NCBI GenBank assembly: GCA_016709545.1
Contig: JADJMO010000007.1
Location: forward strand, 94,009 to 158,008
Reading direction: 5' to 3'
DNA length: 64,000 nt
Source of the DNA: Myxococcales bacterium
GTDB lineage: Bacteria; Myxococcota_A; Polyangia; Polyangiales; JADJMO01
The translations under genes were made by a program, and so were the position numbers. Below, piece after piece: positions 43,398 to 53,121 of the stretch. Each line of letters starts with the position of its first letter. Within the stretch, counting starts at the first letter, position 1. The notes beneath the pieces were generated by a model, which saw only the letters and a program-made list of their open reading frames with translations, was not told the origin of the DNA and ran no database searches.

Positions 43398-44795
43398 ATG
43401 GGTGGCCCTGAAGCAGGGGCCCTCGGTCCAGGGGTCGATGCGGGCGACGCAGCGGACGACAACGACGAATCCGACGAAGCGCTGTTGACCGGGCACGCCC
43501 GCGGAGACGCGCGCACCGCGCCCAAGAACCTCTGGTTCGTCGCCGGCAAGGCCTACGACCTGACCGCCTTCGTCGCCAAGCACCCCGGCGGCCGCGACGC
43601 CCTCCTGCTCGGCAAGGGCACCAACTGCACCGAGCTGTTCGCCTCCTACCACTTCACCGCGCAGAAGCAGGCGCGGCTCATGGCGCGCTACGAGGTGCCC
43701 GTCGATCAGGCCGACCCGCAGGCGGTCGAGCTCGCCGGCCACTCGCGCTTCACGTTCGCCGACGACGACTTCTACAAGATCGTCAAGAAGCGCGTGGCCG
43801 ACCATTTTCGCAAGAGCCGCACCAAGCCGGGGGCCTCGGTCGCCGTGCAGGTCCTCTCGCTCCTCGCCATCCTCGGCGTCGTCGCGCTCACCTACCCCGC
43901 CTACGTACGGGGCAGCCTCGTGGCGGCGGGCGCGCTCGCCGTGCTCCGCGCCCTCACCGCGGTCGGGCCCGGCCACAGCATGTCCCACTTCTCGTTGTTC
44001 CCCCGCGGCCGGTGGAACGCGCTCGTGTTCCGGCTCGGCTCGCCGTTCCTCGTGAGCAGCTGGCCCATCTGGAGCAACTCCCACGTGCGCAGCCACCACG
44101 TGGACACGCTCACGCCGGACGACCTGCAGGACAACTACCCCCTCAAGCGCATCCAGCCCAACCTCGCGCACCGCCCCTGGCACCGCGGGCAGCCCGTGTA
44201 CTCGTGGATCGTCTACGCGCTCGGTCTGCCCCTCTGGTCGCTCCAGGACTTCGTCCTCGCGATCAAGAGCCTGTTCACCGGTCGCCACCTCGTGAACCAG
44301 ATCTCGCTGCGCGACCGCGTCGAGAACGTGATCGCCATCGGGCTCAACCTGGTGCTCTCGGTGGCGCTGCCGTTCTTCTTCTTGCCGTGGAAGCGCGCGG
44401 TGCTCGTCTGCCTGGTGGTCAACGTCGTCAGCAGCCTGATGGTGGTGATCCAGATCGTGGTCAACCACGAGGTCCCCGAGACCATGGACCGCTCGTCGGG
44501 CGACGGCGTCGACTGGGGCCGCCACCAGGTGCTCACCTCCCACAACTTCGGCGTCGACTCCTCGATCGCTCTCCACATGTCCGGTGGGCTCAACATGCAG
44601 ATCGAGCACCACTTGTTCCCCGGGGTGCACTACACCCACTTCCCCCAGATCTCGAAGATCGTCCGCGAGGCGTGCGTGGAGTTCCAGCTCCCGTACAACA
44701 CCTCGAGCCACGTGTTCGAGGCGATGGCCAAGCACCAGCGCCTCCTCCGACTCAACAGCGTGCCGCCTCCCGTGGCCCACGCAGGAACCGCTTAA
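43398..44795 (+). CDS. cytochrome b5-fused front-end fatty acid desaturase
   Basis: AYDLTAFVAKHPGG (b5 heme motif). His boxes HSMSH, HVRSHH and QIEHH. Start uncertain. Confidence 0.88.
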   Translation: MGGPEAGALGPGVDAGDAADDNDESDEALLTGHARGDARTAPKNLWFVAGKAYDLTAFVAKHPGGRDALLLGKGTNCTELFASYHFTAQKQARLMARYEVPVDQADPQAVELAGHSRFTFADDDFYKIVKKRVADHFRKSRTKPGASVAVQVLSLLAILGVVALTYPAYVRGSLVAAGALAVLRALTAVGPGHSMSHFSLFPRGRWNALVFRLGSPFLVSSWPIWSNSHVRSHHVDTLTPDDLQDNYPLKRIQPNLAHRPWHRGQPVYSWIVYALGLPLWSLQDFVLAIKSLFTGRHLVNQISLRDRVENVIAIGLNLVLSVALPFFFLPWKRAVLVCLVVNVVSSLMVVIQIVVNHEVPETMDRSSGDGVDWGRHQVLTSHNFGVDSSIALHMSGGLNMQIEHHLFPGVHYTHFPQISKIVREACVEFQLPYNTSSHVFEAMAKHQRLLRLNSVPPPVAHAGTA

Positions 44796-44821
44796 GCCTC
44801 CCCAATCCGTGGAGATTCGTC

Positions 44822-45007
44822 ATGGCAGGGTCACCGTCCATCAAGAAGCGCGAGAAAGAACGCAACCGCAAGGAACGCCAGGAAGAGAAGGCGGCCAAGC
44901 GCAAGGAGCGTAAGGACAAGCCGCCGGGCGAGGCCTCGGCGACCGGTGAAGATCCGGACATCGCCGGCATCGTCCCGGGGCCGCAGCCGGAGGCCGCGGA
45001 GCTGTAG
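44822..45007 (+). CDS. small basic/acidic hypothetical protein
   Basis: GGAG RBS. MAGSPSIKKREKERNRKERQEEKAAKRKERK...EDPDIAGIVPGPQP. Confidence 0.7.
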   Translation: MAGSPSIKKREKERNRKERQEEKAAKRKERKDKPPGEASATGEDPDIAGIVPGPQPEAAEL

Positions 45008-45105
45008 CCGCCGCCAGAATTCACCCGTGGGAGCCCGAAGTGGCTGGAGAGAGCGTCGTCGCAGAGCTGCGATCGACGCTCTTTCTGCGCTAGAACCCTG
45101 GATCG

Positions 45106-45696
45106 ATGCTCCTGTTGCTCGACGTCATGGACACGCTCGTCCACGACCCGTTCATCGACGCGATGCCCGCGTTCTTCTCGATGACCTTCGCCGAGATGAT
45201 GGCCGCGAAGCACCCGACCGCGTGGGTCGAGTTCGAGCACGGGCAGCTCGACGAGGCGGGGTTCGCTGCGCGCTTCTTCGCCGACGGTCGTGGCTTCGAC
45301 GTCGCCGCGTTCAAGGCCCACGTGGGGCCCGCCTACCGGCTCTTGCCAGGCATCCAGCCGCTGCTCGAGGAGCTCGCCGCGGCCGGACTGCCCATGCACA
45401 CCCTCTCGAACTACCCGTGCTGGTTCGAGCTCGTGGAGCAGCACGTGCGGCTCTCCCGCTGGGTGCGGTGGACCTTCGTCTCGTGCAAGACGGGGCTGCG
45501 CAAGCCGGACCCACGCGCCTACCTCGACGCCGCCGCGACCCTCGGCGTCACGCCCGCCGAGTGCCTGTTCGTCGACGATCGACGCCGCAACGTGGAGGCC
45601 GCGCGCGCCGTCGGGATGGACGCCGTGCTCTTCGAGGGCGCGCCGGGGCTGCGCGAGGCGCTCGTCGAGCGAGGCCTCCTGCCCTCACTTCGGTAG
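45106..45696 (+). CDS. HAD-superfamily hydrolase
   Basis: LLLDVMDTL (motif I), LSN, GLRKPDP, LFVDD...NVEAARAVGM. Confidence 0.9.
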   Translation: MLLLLDVMDTLVHDPFIDAMPAFFSMTFAEMMAAKHPTAWVEFEHGQLDEAGFAARFFADGRGFDVAAFKAHVGPAYRLLPGIQPLLEELAAAGLPMHTLSNYPCWFELVEQHVRLSRWVRWTFVSCKTGLRKPDPRAYLDAAATLGVTPAECLFVDDRRRNVEAARAVGMDAVLFEGAPGLREALVERGLLPSLR

Positions 45697-47501
45697 CGGG
45701 TCGACCTTCACCGTGCTGAGCGACGCGAGGTTGCCGCCGCCCGGGTACGCATACGACGAGTAGCTGTCGAGGCCCCACACCACGATGCCGAACGGCCCCG
45801 CGCTCTCGGCGGTGTGGCGGCCGTTGAGGCACGTGCCGACGCCCTTGCCCGCGCGCACGAGATCCACCTCGGCGACCTCGAAGCGATCGTCGCCGCCCAC
45901 CTTCTTCCACCCGCTGATCGTGCCGAGGCAGTCGACGGTGACGTCGGCGAACGCCCCTTGGACTTGACCCGGGTGAACACGAGGTTGGTGGTCGGGTAGG
46001 CCGGATCGGTGAAGAACACGTACCGCGAGAGGAACTGCGCCGGCGGCAGCATGATCACGAACTCCTCGTCGCCGAGCCACGGGCCGTATCCGGGCGCGAT
46101 GGCCCCCGGCCGCGAGGCGACGGGCAGGTTCGCGGTGTCCATCATCTGCGCCGCCGCGAACGGGTGCGCGCTGTCCTGGCTCGTGACGCGGAACGGCCCG
46201 GTCACGACGAAATCGGCCACCTGACCGCGGTCGAGCGTGGTCGGCGCGCCCGTGAACGCGGGGTCGAAGCTCAGCTTGGTCCCGTCGACCGCGCCCACCA
46301 GCCGGTAGCGGATCGCCTCGGGGGCGAGGTCGCTGCGGCGCGTGGCGAACGGCGCCGCGACGTACTCGTTGCCGAGGGCCGACACCGAGAGGTTCTGCTG
46401 GTGGGTGGACTCGCCGCCCGGCGCGGGCGTGGGCTGCTGCCGGTAGAAGCGGTTGCCGGTGAACACCGCGACCGGCTTGTCGGCCAGGACGATGCTGCCC
46501 GAGAGGTCGACCTTGCCTCCGAGCTCCCACTGCGCGTACTCGCCGGGCTGCAGCGTGAAGGTGCCGGTCGTCCCCTTGGTCGTCGCGCCGAGGCCACCAC
46601 CCGCGGGCAGATCGGCGACGGGCAGGATCTTCACCGAGGTGTCGGCCTGCGTGGCCACGATCTGCGCCCACAGCGGGCCGGGCGTGTCGTAGGTGCCGGC
46701 GGGGGTGGCGATCATCACGTAGTTGTCGCCCCACGCCGAGCTCGGGAACAGGAGCTCTGCGCTCGGGAAGTGCGAGCGCGCGCCGCCGTACGGCATGATG
46801 TCGTAGGCCGAGACCGGCACGCTGGTCGTGACGTGGAACGCCTTGGACTTGCCGGTGCCCGCGAGCACCGTCGTGGCGTCGATCGCCGGGGTGACCGGAC
46901 ACTTCAGCGGCACCCCGGTCTCGGGCATCACCGACTTCGGATCGCTCGAGAGGAACAGCACGGCGACCTGGTTCTCGGGGATGCCGTCGGCGGGCACGGG
47001 CTTCCAGAGGTCGGGCGTCTTGCCGTCCTCGGGGATGCGCGCGAACTTGGTGGCGTCGAACGCGGCCGTGTCGCGGCCGACGGTGATCTTCGCGGCCTTG
47101 GGCCACGTGTTGGCGAGGAAGACCGCGAAGCACGGGGGCAGCGCCGGCGGATACGCGGGCGGCGTGGGCGCGTAGAAGTCGCACCCCACGTTGCCGCGGC
47201 TGGCGGCCGCGGCGGCGCACGCCTCGACGCACTTGCCCTTGCTGCAGCCCTGGTCGGCGGGGCACGTCCCGACCACCTTGCCGGTCGCGTCGATCAGGTT
47301 GCGCAGGTCGGCGCTGCACCCGAGCTCGCCAGCGTCGGGGGGTGGCGTGTCCAGCACGAGGCTGGTGTCGGTCGCGCCGTCGGTCGCGTCGAAGCTCCCG
47401 TCGGTCGTCGCGTCCAGATCGATGCCGTCGGTGCCCGAGCCCGAGTCACCGCAGCCGAGGAGCAAGGCACACGCGAGCGCCGAGAGAGCGAGGCGAGTCA
47501 T
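45685..47501 (-). CDS. IgGFc-binding-protein-N-domain lipoprotein, apparent frameshift near 45955
   Basis: Lipobox LLGC. SNVGCDF-like RGNVGCDFY, LFPSSAWGDNY, ADKPVAVFTG, LGNEYVA, GDEEF...QFLSRYVF. Tail AFADVTVDC...SYAYPGG in the second frame. Confidence 0.78.
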
Positions 47502-47517
47502 CCACGCAGGATACGCT

Positions 47518-48294
47518 CTAGCGGCGGCTCCGGAGGGCGGGATTGGTCGCCGTGGTGGAGACCGGCACCGGACCGGTCGAAGCGCCCGTCGATGGCACGG
47601 GACCGGTCGAAGCGCCCGTCGATGGCACGGGACCGGTCGCAGGGCCCGTCGAAGGAACCGGCCCGCCACCCACGAGCTGCCGGCGGCTCGGTGGCACCGG
47701 GGTGATGACGGGGCGCAGGGCGGTCGCCGCGCCGCTGAGCGCGCCGGCCCACGTGGTGCGGACGCGCAGCGCTCGCGGGAGGAGCGCGCCGTCGGCGGTC
47801 GCGCGACCCGCGAACCGGAAGTGCCGCAAGAGCCCCTCGTGCCCGCCGAGCCAGGCCTCGATCCAGTGAGGGTTGCTCGCGTGACGGAACCCGACGATCT
47901 CGGTGACCGCCGCGTGCCGCTCCGTGGAGAGGCAACGAACCTCGCCTGCATCGCGGTAGTGGGCCGCGAACAAACGCGGAAGTTCCTCGAAGAGGCGGAC
48001 CGGGGTGACCCCTTGCTGGTCCTTGAAAGGCTCGACCTGGGCGACCAGGACACTCTGCAGCGCCAGGCGCATCACGTGGCGCCCCACGCTGCGAACGGTC
48101 TGTGCGTCGCGGAGCTGGCCCACGACGTCTAGTACGGCGACCACTGTCGCCACGTCCTGCCACTCCCCCGGAGCTGGCTCGAGGAAGGCGCGCTGGGTGG
48201 CCGGCGAGAGGCGCTTGGTGACGAGATCGAGGAGCCCGTGCCACGAGAGAGAGCTCTGGTAGAGCGGCATCCAAGAAGCACGGATCTCGGCCAT
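47518..48294 (-). CDS. hypothetical cytoplasmic protein with C-terminal repeat tail
   Basis: 258 aa ORF with a globular N-terminal part and PVPSTG[PA][AS]TG repeats. Confidence 0.55.
   Translation of the reverse strand: MAEIRASWMPLYQSSLSWHGLLDLVTKRLSPATQRAFLEPAPGEWQDVATVVAVLDVVGQLRDAQTVRSVGRHVMRLALQSVLVAQVEPFKDQQGVTPVRLFEELPRLFAAHYRDAGEVRCLSTERHAAVTEIVGFRHASNPHWIEAWLGGHEGLLRHFRFAGRATADGALLPRALRVRTTWAGALSGAATALRPVITPVPPSRRQLVGGGPVPSTGPATGPVPSTGASTGPVPSTGASTGPVPVSTTATNPALRSRR
47571..47660. repeat. 30-bp tandem repeat, 2 perfect plus 1 degenerate copy
   Basis: gaccggtcgaagcgcccgtcgatggcacgg at 47571 and 47601, variant at 47631. Confidence 0.9.
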
Positions 48295-48351
48295 GGCTAG
48301 TTTGACCGGTAGCCCGCCACCAAGCGCAGCACAAGCGTCCGCGTGGGGTCT

Positions 48352-49305
48352 TCAAGGGGGGTACGGCGTGGCGCAGCAGCGCGTCCCTATTTGATAGAAA
48401 TCAAAGTCCGGGGGGTGCAAGTCCGTGTGCGCCCGGCAGAACGGATGCGCCCCCTTCGCGTAGTAACCACCTTTGAGCTGGCTCGGGTGTCCGCTCTGAT
48501 GGCGGTCGACGGGATCCAGCGTGGTCCACTCGTCGACGTTGCCCGTGAGATCGAACACCCCGTGGGGTGACACGCAGAGCGGGCGCGCGCCGCTCGGCTC
48601 GCGCTGATCGACCTCCGCGAAGCCTTCCTTCGAGCCGTTGCCAGGTCGATGCCACGAGCGCGCGGGTCGGTCGACGTTGCACGCGGCGCCGTCGATCTTC
48701 CACCCCGTCGCGGTGGGACGCCGCTCGGGCCCCTCGCACGCCGTCGTGAACTCGGCCGAGGTGCAGAGGCGCTTGCCGACGGACCCGCAGAGCTTCTGCG
48801 CGTCGAACCAGCTGACGAACACCGTGGGCTTCTCGCCGACCCGGTTCGGCCACTCGTGTTCGTCCATGCACACCTCGACGTGGGTGTATTCGGGTTCGTA
48901 GCGCACGATCTCGTTGCCCACGACGATCGGCTTGCTGCCCTGACACCACGCAGTGCCGGGGATCCACTCCTGGCACTCGGTGGGGTCGAAGTCGCAACCC
49001 TCGGGGCAGTACTCGCCGGCCTTCCCGAGGCGACCCACGCGGCAGCCGTGACGCAGGAAGTGACAGTACTCGCCCACCACGAGTCGCATTCCCGCTGGGC
49101 ACCGGCCGCTCCGCGGGACCGCGACGTCGGCCTCGACCCCGAGGGTCGTCGTGTCCGCCGGGCTCTCTGCGGCGGCGTCGACCGTCACGATCGGCGCGGG
49201 CTGGGCGGGGGGGTCGCGGCGGGCGCATCCTGTGATCGACGCGCCGAGGCCCAGCGCCGCGACGAACGTCCGTGCACGTCTCTTGGCGAACGAGGTCTTC
49301 GTCAC
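48352..49305 (-). CDS. FGE/SUMF1-like domain lipoprotein
   Basis: Lipobox ITGC. CPAGM, CMDEHEWPN, GKRLCTSAEF..ACEG, GVFDLTGNVDEW, LKGGYY, QIGTRCC. Start uncertain. Confidence 0.8.
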   Translation of the reverse strand: MTKTSFAKRRARTFVAALGLGASITGCARRDPPAQPAPIVTVDAAAESPADTTTLGVEADVAVPRSGRCPAGMRLVVGEYCHFLRHGCRVGRLGKAGEYCPEGCDFDPTECQEWIPGTAWCQGSKPIVVGNEIVRYEPEYTHVEVCMDEHEWPNRVGEKPTVFVSWFDAQKLCGSVGKRLCTSAEFTTACEGPERRPTATGWKIDGAACNVDRPARSWHRPGNGSKEGFAEVDQREPSGARPLCVSPHGVFDLTGNVDEWTTLDPVDRHQSGHPSQLKGGYYAKGAHPFCRAHTDLHPPDFDFYQIGTRCCATPYPP

Positions 49306-49503
49306 TCGCGTCGCTCGTGCGGCAGCGAGTGAGCACCATCTGTGCCGCATTTCGCTGCACCCTCTAGCGCAAACTGTCGCGGCAGACCTGCCGTTTTTCG
49401 TCGAACCCACATGTGCGCCGGATCGAAGGGCTGCAGGAGCGACGCGTTGGTCCGTACGAAGGGACGGGCCTCCGAGTGCGCCCACCCTGCGAGGAGACAC
49501 GCG

Positions 49504-49869
49504 ATGCCTGGGACGGTCCTGGTCGTGGACGACTCACGAACGATTCGCACGCTGGTCGGGCGCGCGCTGACGAGCGGTGGCTACCACATGGTCGAGGCCG
49601 TCGACGGCGTCGACGCGCTGGCGAAGATCGGAGGAGATCCCGCGCCCTCGTTGATCATCTGCGACATCAACATGCCCAACATGAACGGGCTCGACTTCCT
49701 GGACAACCTGCGCAACCAGGGCAGCGCGCTGCCCGTCGTCATCCTCACCTCGGATCCGCAGCCGCAGCTCGTCGACCTGGCACGCACCAGGGGCGCGAGC
49801 GCCTGGGTCAGCAAGCCCTTCAAGCCCGACTCGCTGCTTTCGGCCATCCAAGCGCTCCTCGCCGCGTGA
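49504..49869 (+). CDS. single-domain CheY-like response regulator
   Basis: GAGGAG RBS. VLVVDDS, IICDINMPNMNG, ILTS, WVSKPF. Confidence 0.92.
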   Translation: MPGTVLVVDDSRTIRTLVGRALTSGGYHMVEAVDGVDALAKIGGDPAPSLIICDINMPNMNGLDFLDNLRNQGSALPVVILTSDPQPQLVDLARTRGASAWVSKPFKPDSLLSAIQALLAA

Positions 49870-49899
49870 CGCTGGGCTGCGCAGCCACACGGCGCGAAG

Positions 49900-50564
49900 C
49901 TCGAGGCTCCGACGAGCGTGTGGACGTCGGTGGTGGGCTCGTGCGAGGGCGGGATCAGCGCGTGAGCGATTCGTTGCGGCGCGGTTCCGGGCGCCGCGGC
50001 TCCGGGCTCCTGCTCCTTCGCCAGCAAGAGCGTGCGCGTGGGAGTGTCCAGCGCGGCCGTCTCCTCCGTGTCGAGCGAGTCCCTCGGTGCAGAGGCGAGG
50101 GCTCCTAGCGTTCCGGCGTGCAACAGCAGGGCGAGCGCCCATGGCGCGAGGCGTCGCCGCGGCCCGCGCCCGGAGAGCTTCTCGGCCGCCGTCACCATCG
50201 CCACCTGCACGGTGAACCCGCCGACCTCGAACCGCAGGCGGACGCCGTGCGCGAGCGGGAGCCGATCGTCGACGATGTGGCCCGTGACCCGCGCGTCGGC
50301 GAGGGTCATCTGCTGCTCGCCGACCGCGACCAGCCCACTGACGTGCGCCGGGACGAGGACCGCGCGACCCTGCACGAGGTCGAGCCGCGAGGTCCCGAGT
50401 CGCTCGGCCGGCAGCGCGAAGTTGCCCCGATCGCCGAGCGAGAAGGCGGCGTTCGCGCTCGCGAGGTGGGCGACGTGGAGCACGCTCTCGCCCCACGCGA
50501 CGATGACTTCGACGACGGTTGCAGGGTCGACGGCAGGCGTCGACGCGTTCGCGAAAGCGACCAT
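49900..50564 (-). pseudogene. truncated N-terminal fragment resembling myxobacterial AgmX/PglI (TonB-like) proteins
   Basis: VEVIVAWGESVLHVAHL...FALPAERLG...LLLHAG..LA..P matches my recollection of that family's N-terminus. The frame then runs antisense into the CheY gene with no Gly-rich/TonB C-terminal part. End coordinate approximate. Confidence 0.45.
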
Positions 50565-50763
50565 GAGCGCACGTCCTCTCGGGAGCGGAGGGCTCCCGGC
50601 TGGGGTTGCCGACGGACCGACAGGCCGGCCGCCCGGAAGTTCCGCTCCGAGGGGGGGATCCCCTGGGGCAGATTTGCACGGCCGGGCTCGCGGTTGCGAG
50701 GGGCCTCGCCGTTCCATAATCTCTTCACGCGCCACGGTTCGTGGCTCGACAAGGGGGATCTTC

Positions 50764-52925
50764 ATGCGTGCACGACGATGGCTTTGCTTGGTGGCCTGGG
50801 TGGGAAGCGCGGCGGTCGCGGGTTGCGGAGGTGGCGACACCAGCATCGACGAGACCGACACCGGCACCGACGACGGCGGCAGTGATGGCACCGCGGACGA
50901 CGCCGACACCGGCGTGGACACGGGGAGCGACACCGGCTCCGACACCATGGTGGACGACACCCCCACCGTGGACTCGGGCGGCGACAGCACCGCGACCGAC
51001 TCGAGCGGCGACAGCACCGCGACGGACAGCTCCGCGACGGACAGCGCGGCGACGGACAGCACGGCGGCCGACAGCACGGCGGCCGACAGCACCGCGACCG
51101 ACAGCACCGCCGCCGACAGCACCGCCGCCGACAGCGCGTCCGATGCGGCGGACACCGCCGAGGCACCCGCGGCGCCGACCATCACCAACGTCACCATCAG
51201 CGCGCCCACGGGCTACACCGACCGCCAGGTCCGTCAGGGCCTCGGGGTGATCACGCTCGCCGTGACCGGCACCAACCTCACGGGCGCCACCACGGCGACC
51301 ATGACCGGTGGCGTCACGTGCACGGTCGCGGCCTCGACGGCCACCACCGCCACCCTCACCTGCAACGTCCCGCACGGCGAGGTCGTCGGTCTCAAGAACC
51401 TCACCGTCAACACCCCCTCCGGCTCGGCCAGCTTCACGGGCGCGCTCGAGGTCACCCGCATCACCGTGCTCGGCACCACCGGCAACGACGCCACTGGCGT
51501 CGGCACCACCTCGCGCCCGTTCCGCTCGGTCAGCGCCGGCCTCGCGGTCGCGGCGGCGGGAGCTACGGCGGGCGACACCGTGTTCGTGCGTTCGATGGGC
51601 GATGGCCTGACGAGCGCGACCGCCCGCTACAACGCGACCAACATCCCCACCCAGACGTGGGCGACCGCCGCGGGCACCGCCAACGTGTCCGCCGGGATCA
51701 CCGTCGAGGGCGAGTCCGGGACCGGCGTCGTGCGCCCCGTGCTCGAGGGCGGCGCGGCCAACGTCGCGCTCAAGCTCGCCGGCGGCGCGGTCCTCAAGAA
51801 CCTCATCGTCCGCAACTTCGGAAACGCGGTGCTGGCCTCCACCGGGACCACGACCATCACCGACGTGGAGCTCTCCGCGGCGAACGGGGTCGCGGGATAC
51901 TCGACCGATCGCCAGATCGTCGTCTCCGGCGGCACGCTCACCATCGCGAGCACGGCGGGGACCCTCCCCGGCTCCACCACGCGCCCGACCTGCGCGATCG
52001 ACGGTGCGAACAACGAGCTCATCCGGATCACCGGCTCTCCGACGGTGGCCATCACCGGCTGCCTGCTGCGCGGGTCCAACGAGTACGCCATCAACACCAC
52101 CGACGGCGCCTTCACCCTGAGGCTGCTCAACGACCAGGTCTCCAACAACGGCAACTTCGGCACCGGCGCCGCGGCCGACGGCGGCGTGCAAGTGAACGGT
52201 GGCACCACCTCCGTCACCACGAGCGTGATCCAGGAGAACTACGGCTTCGGCATCCGCGCCTACGGCACGGCCAGCGTCACGGTCGTCTCCAGCACGCTCA
52301 GCGGCAACGGCCAGGGTGTCGGCAACCTCACGACCACCGGCTACACGCCGGTGACCGGCAACAACGGCATCGACTTCCTCGGCAACGGCACGCTCGTCGT
52401 CGGCCGCGTCACGGGGAGCGTGCTCGACACGCAGATCACCAAGAACGGCTTCAGCGGCATCGCCATCCACGCGCCGCCCGGCGGAGCCACCAGCACACCC
52501 ACGGTGAACATCCAGGGGGTCACGATGACCGGCAACGGGACCGCTGCGCCCGAGCTGTTCATCGACACCGCGGCGAGCGTCACCGGGCGCAACCTGAGCA
52601 TCACGAGCGGCACGGGCTCGGCCATCCAGGTCGGCAACATCGGCGACCCGCAGGGCAACCCCGCCGTCACCGCGCTGCTCCCGACCAAGCTCGACTTCGG
52701 CACCTCGGCCTCCACCGGGGCAACACCCTGCTCACCTCGGCGGGCAGCCTCGCCATCCTCGATCGCCGCGGAGCGATCGCGAGCGCCACGGGCACCGTGT
52801 TCTCGGTGTGCGGCACCAGCATGAACGGCGCCACCCTCAGCGTCGGCACCACGGTGGTGGGCTTGGTGACCTCGGGCTTCTCGTACAGCGTCCGTCACAC
52901 GTTCCAGCGCCTCGGCTGCCCGTGA
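50764..52925 (+). CDS. large lipoprotein: D/S/T repeat stalk, IPT/Ig-like domain, right-handed beta-helix; apparent frameshift near 52718
   Basis: Lipobox VAGC. GND..GVGT..RPFRSV (DUF1565-like start). Repeated I..N...GI pectate-lyase-like turns. Adding one G to the run at ~52716-52721 joins TG to GNTLLTSAGS. Confidence 0.75.
50983..51140. repeat. 15-bp degenerate tandem repeats encoding DSTAA/DSTAT
   Basis: About ten gacagc-initiated units. Confidence 0.85.
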
Positions 52926-52946
52926 CCTGAGACCACCGCGAGACCA

Positions 52947-52987
52947 GAGGCCCGGTCTCCTCGCCCGAGGGGCCGGGCCTCGTTGTT
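52947..52987 (+). terminator. putative intrinsic terminator hairpin
   Basis: GAGGCCCGG (52947-55) / CCGGGCCTC (52973-81) with inner CCTC/GAGG pairing, followed by GTTGTT, 21 nt after stop 52925. Confidence 0.55.
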
Positions 52988-53121
52988 CACCGCGGGCAAA
53001 GTCGCGTCTCGTCGGCGTGACAGCGGGAGGAAGGACGAGACAGCGCGAACGCACGAGGGTGGCGGAATCTTGCGGTGTCGATGCGTGTGAAGTCTGGCCC
53101 GGTGTGTGCTCCACTGTGGCC

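Noticed and set aside
47571-47660. 30-bp direct repeats as a possible CRISPR array
   Set aside because: Head-to-tail with no spacers, in-frame within an ORF, no cas genes.
49342-49503. N-terminal extensions of track ORFs (also 42930, 50032, 53017, 54476, 5705, 1112)
   Set aside because: Downstream starts have an RBS or -10 box and give proper signal peptides or domain boundaries.
50983-51140. 15-bp repeats as CRISPR or DGR elements
   Set aside because: Degenerate at third codon positions and encode a linker; no spacers, no reverse transcriptase.
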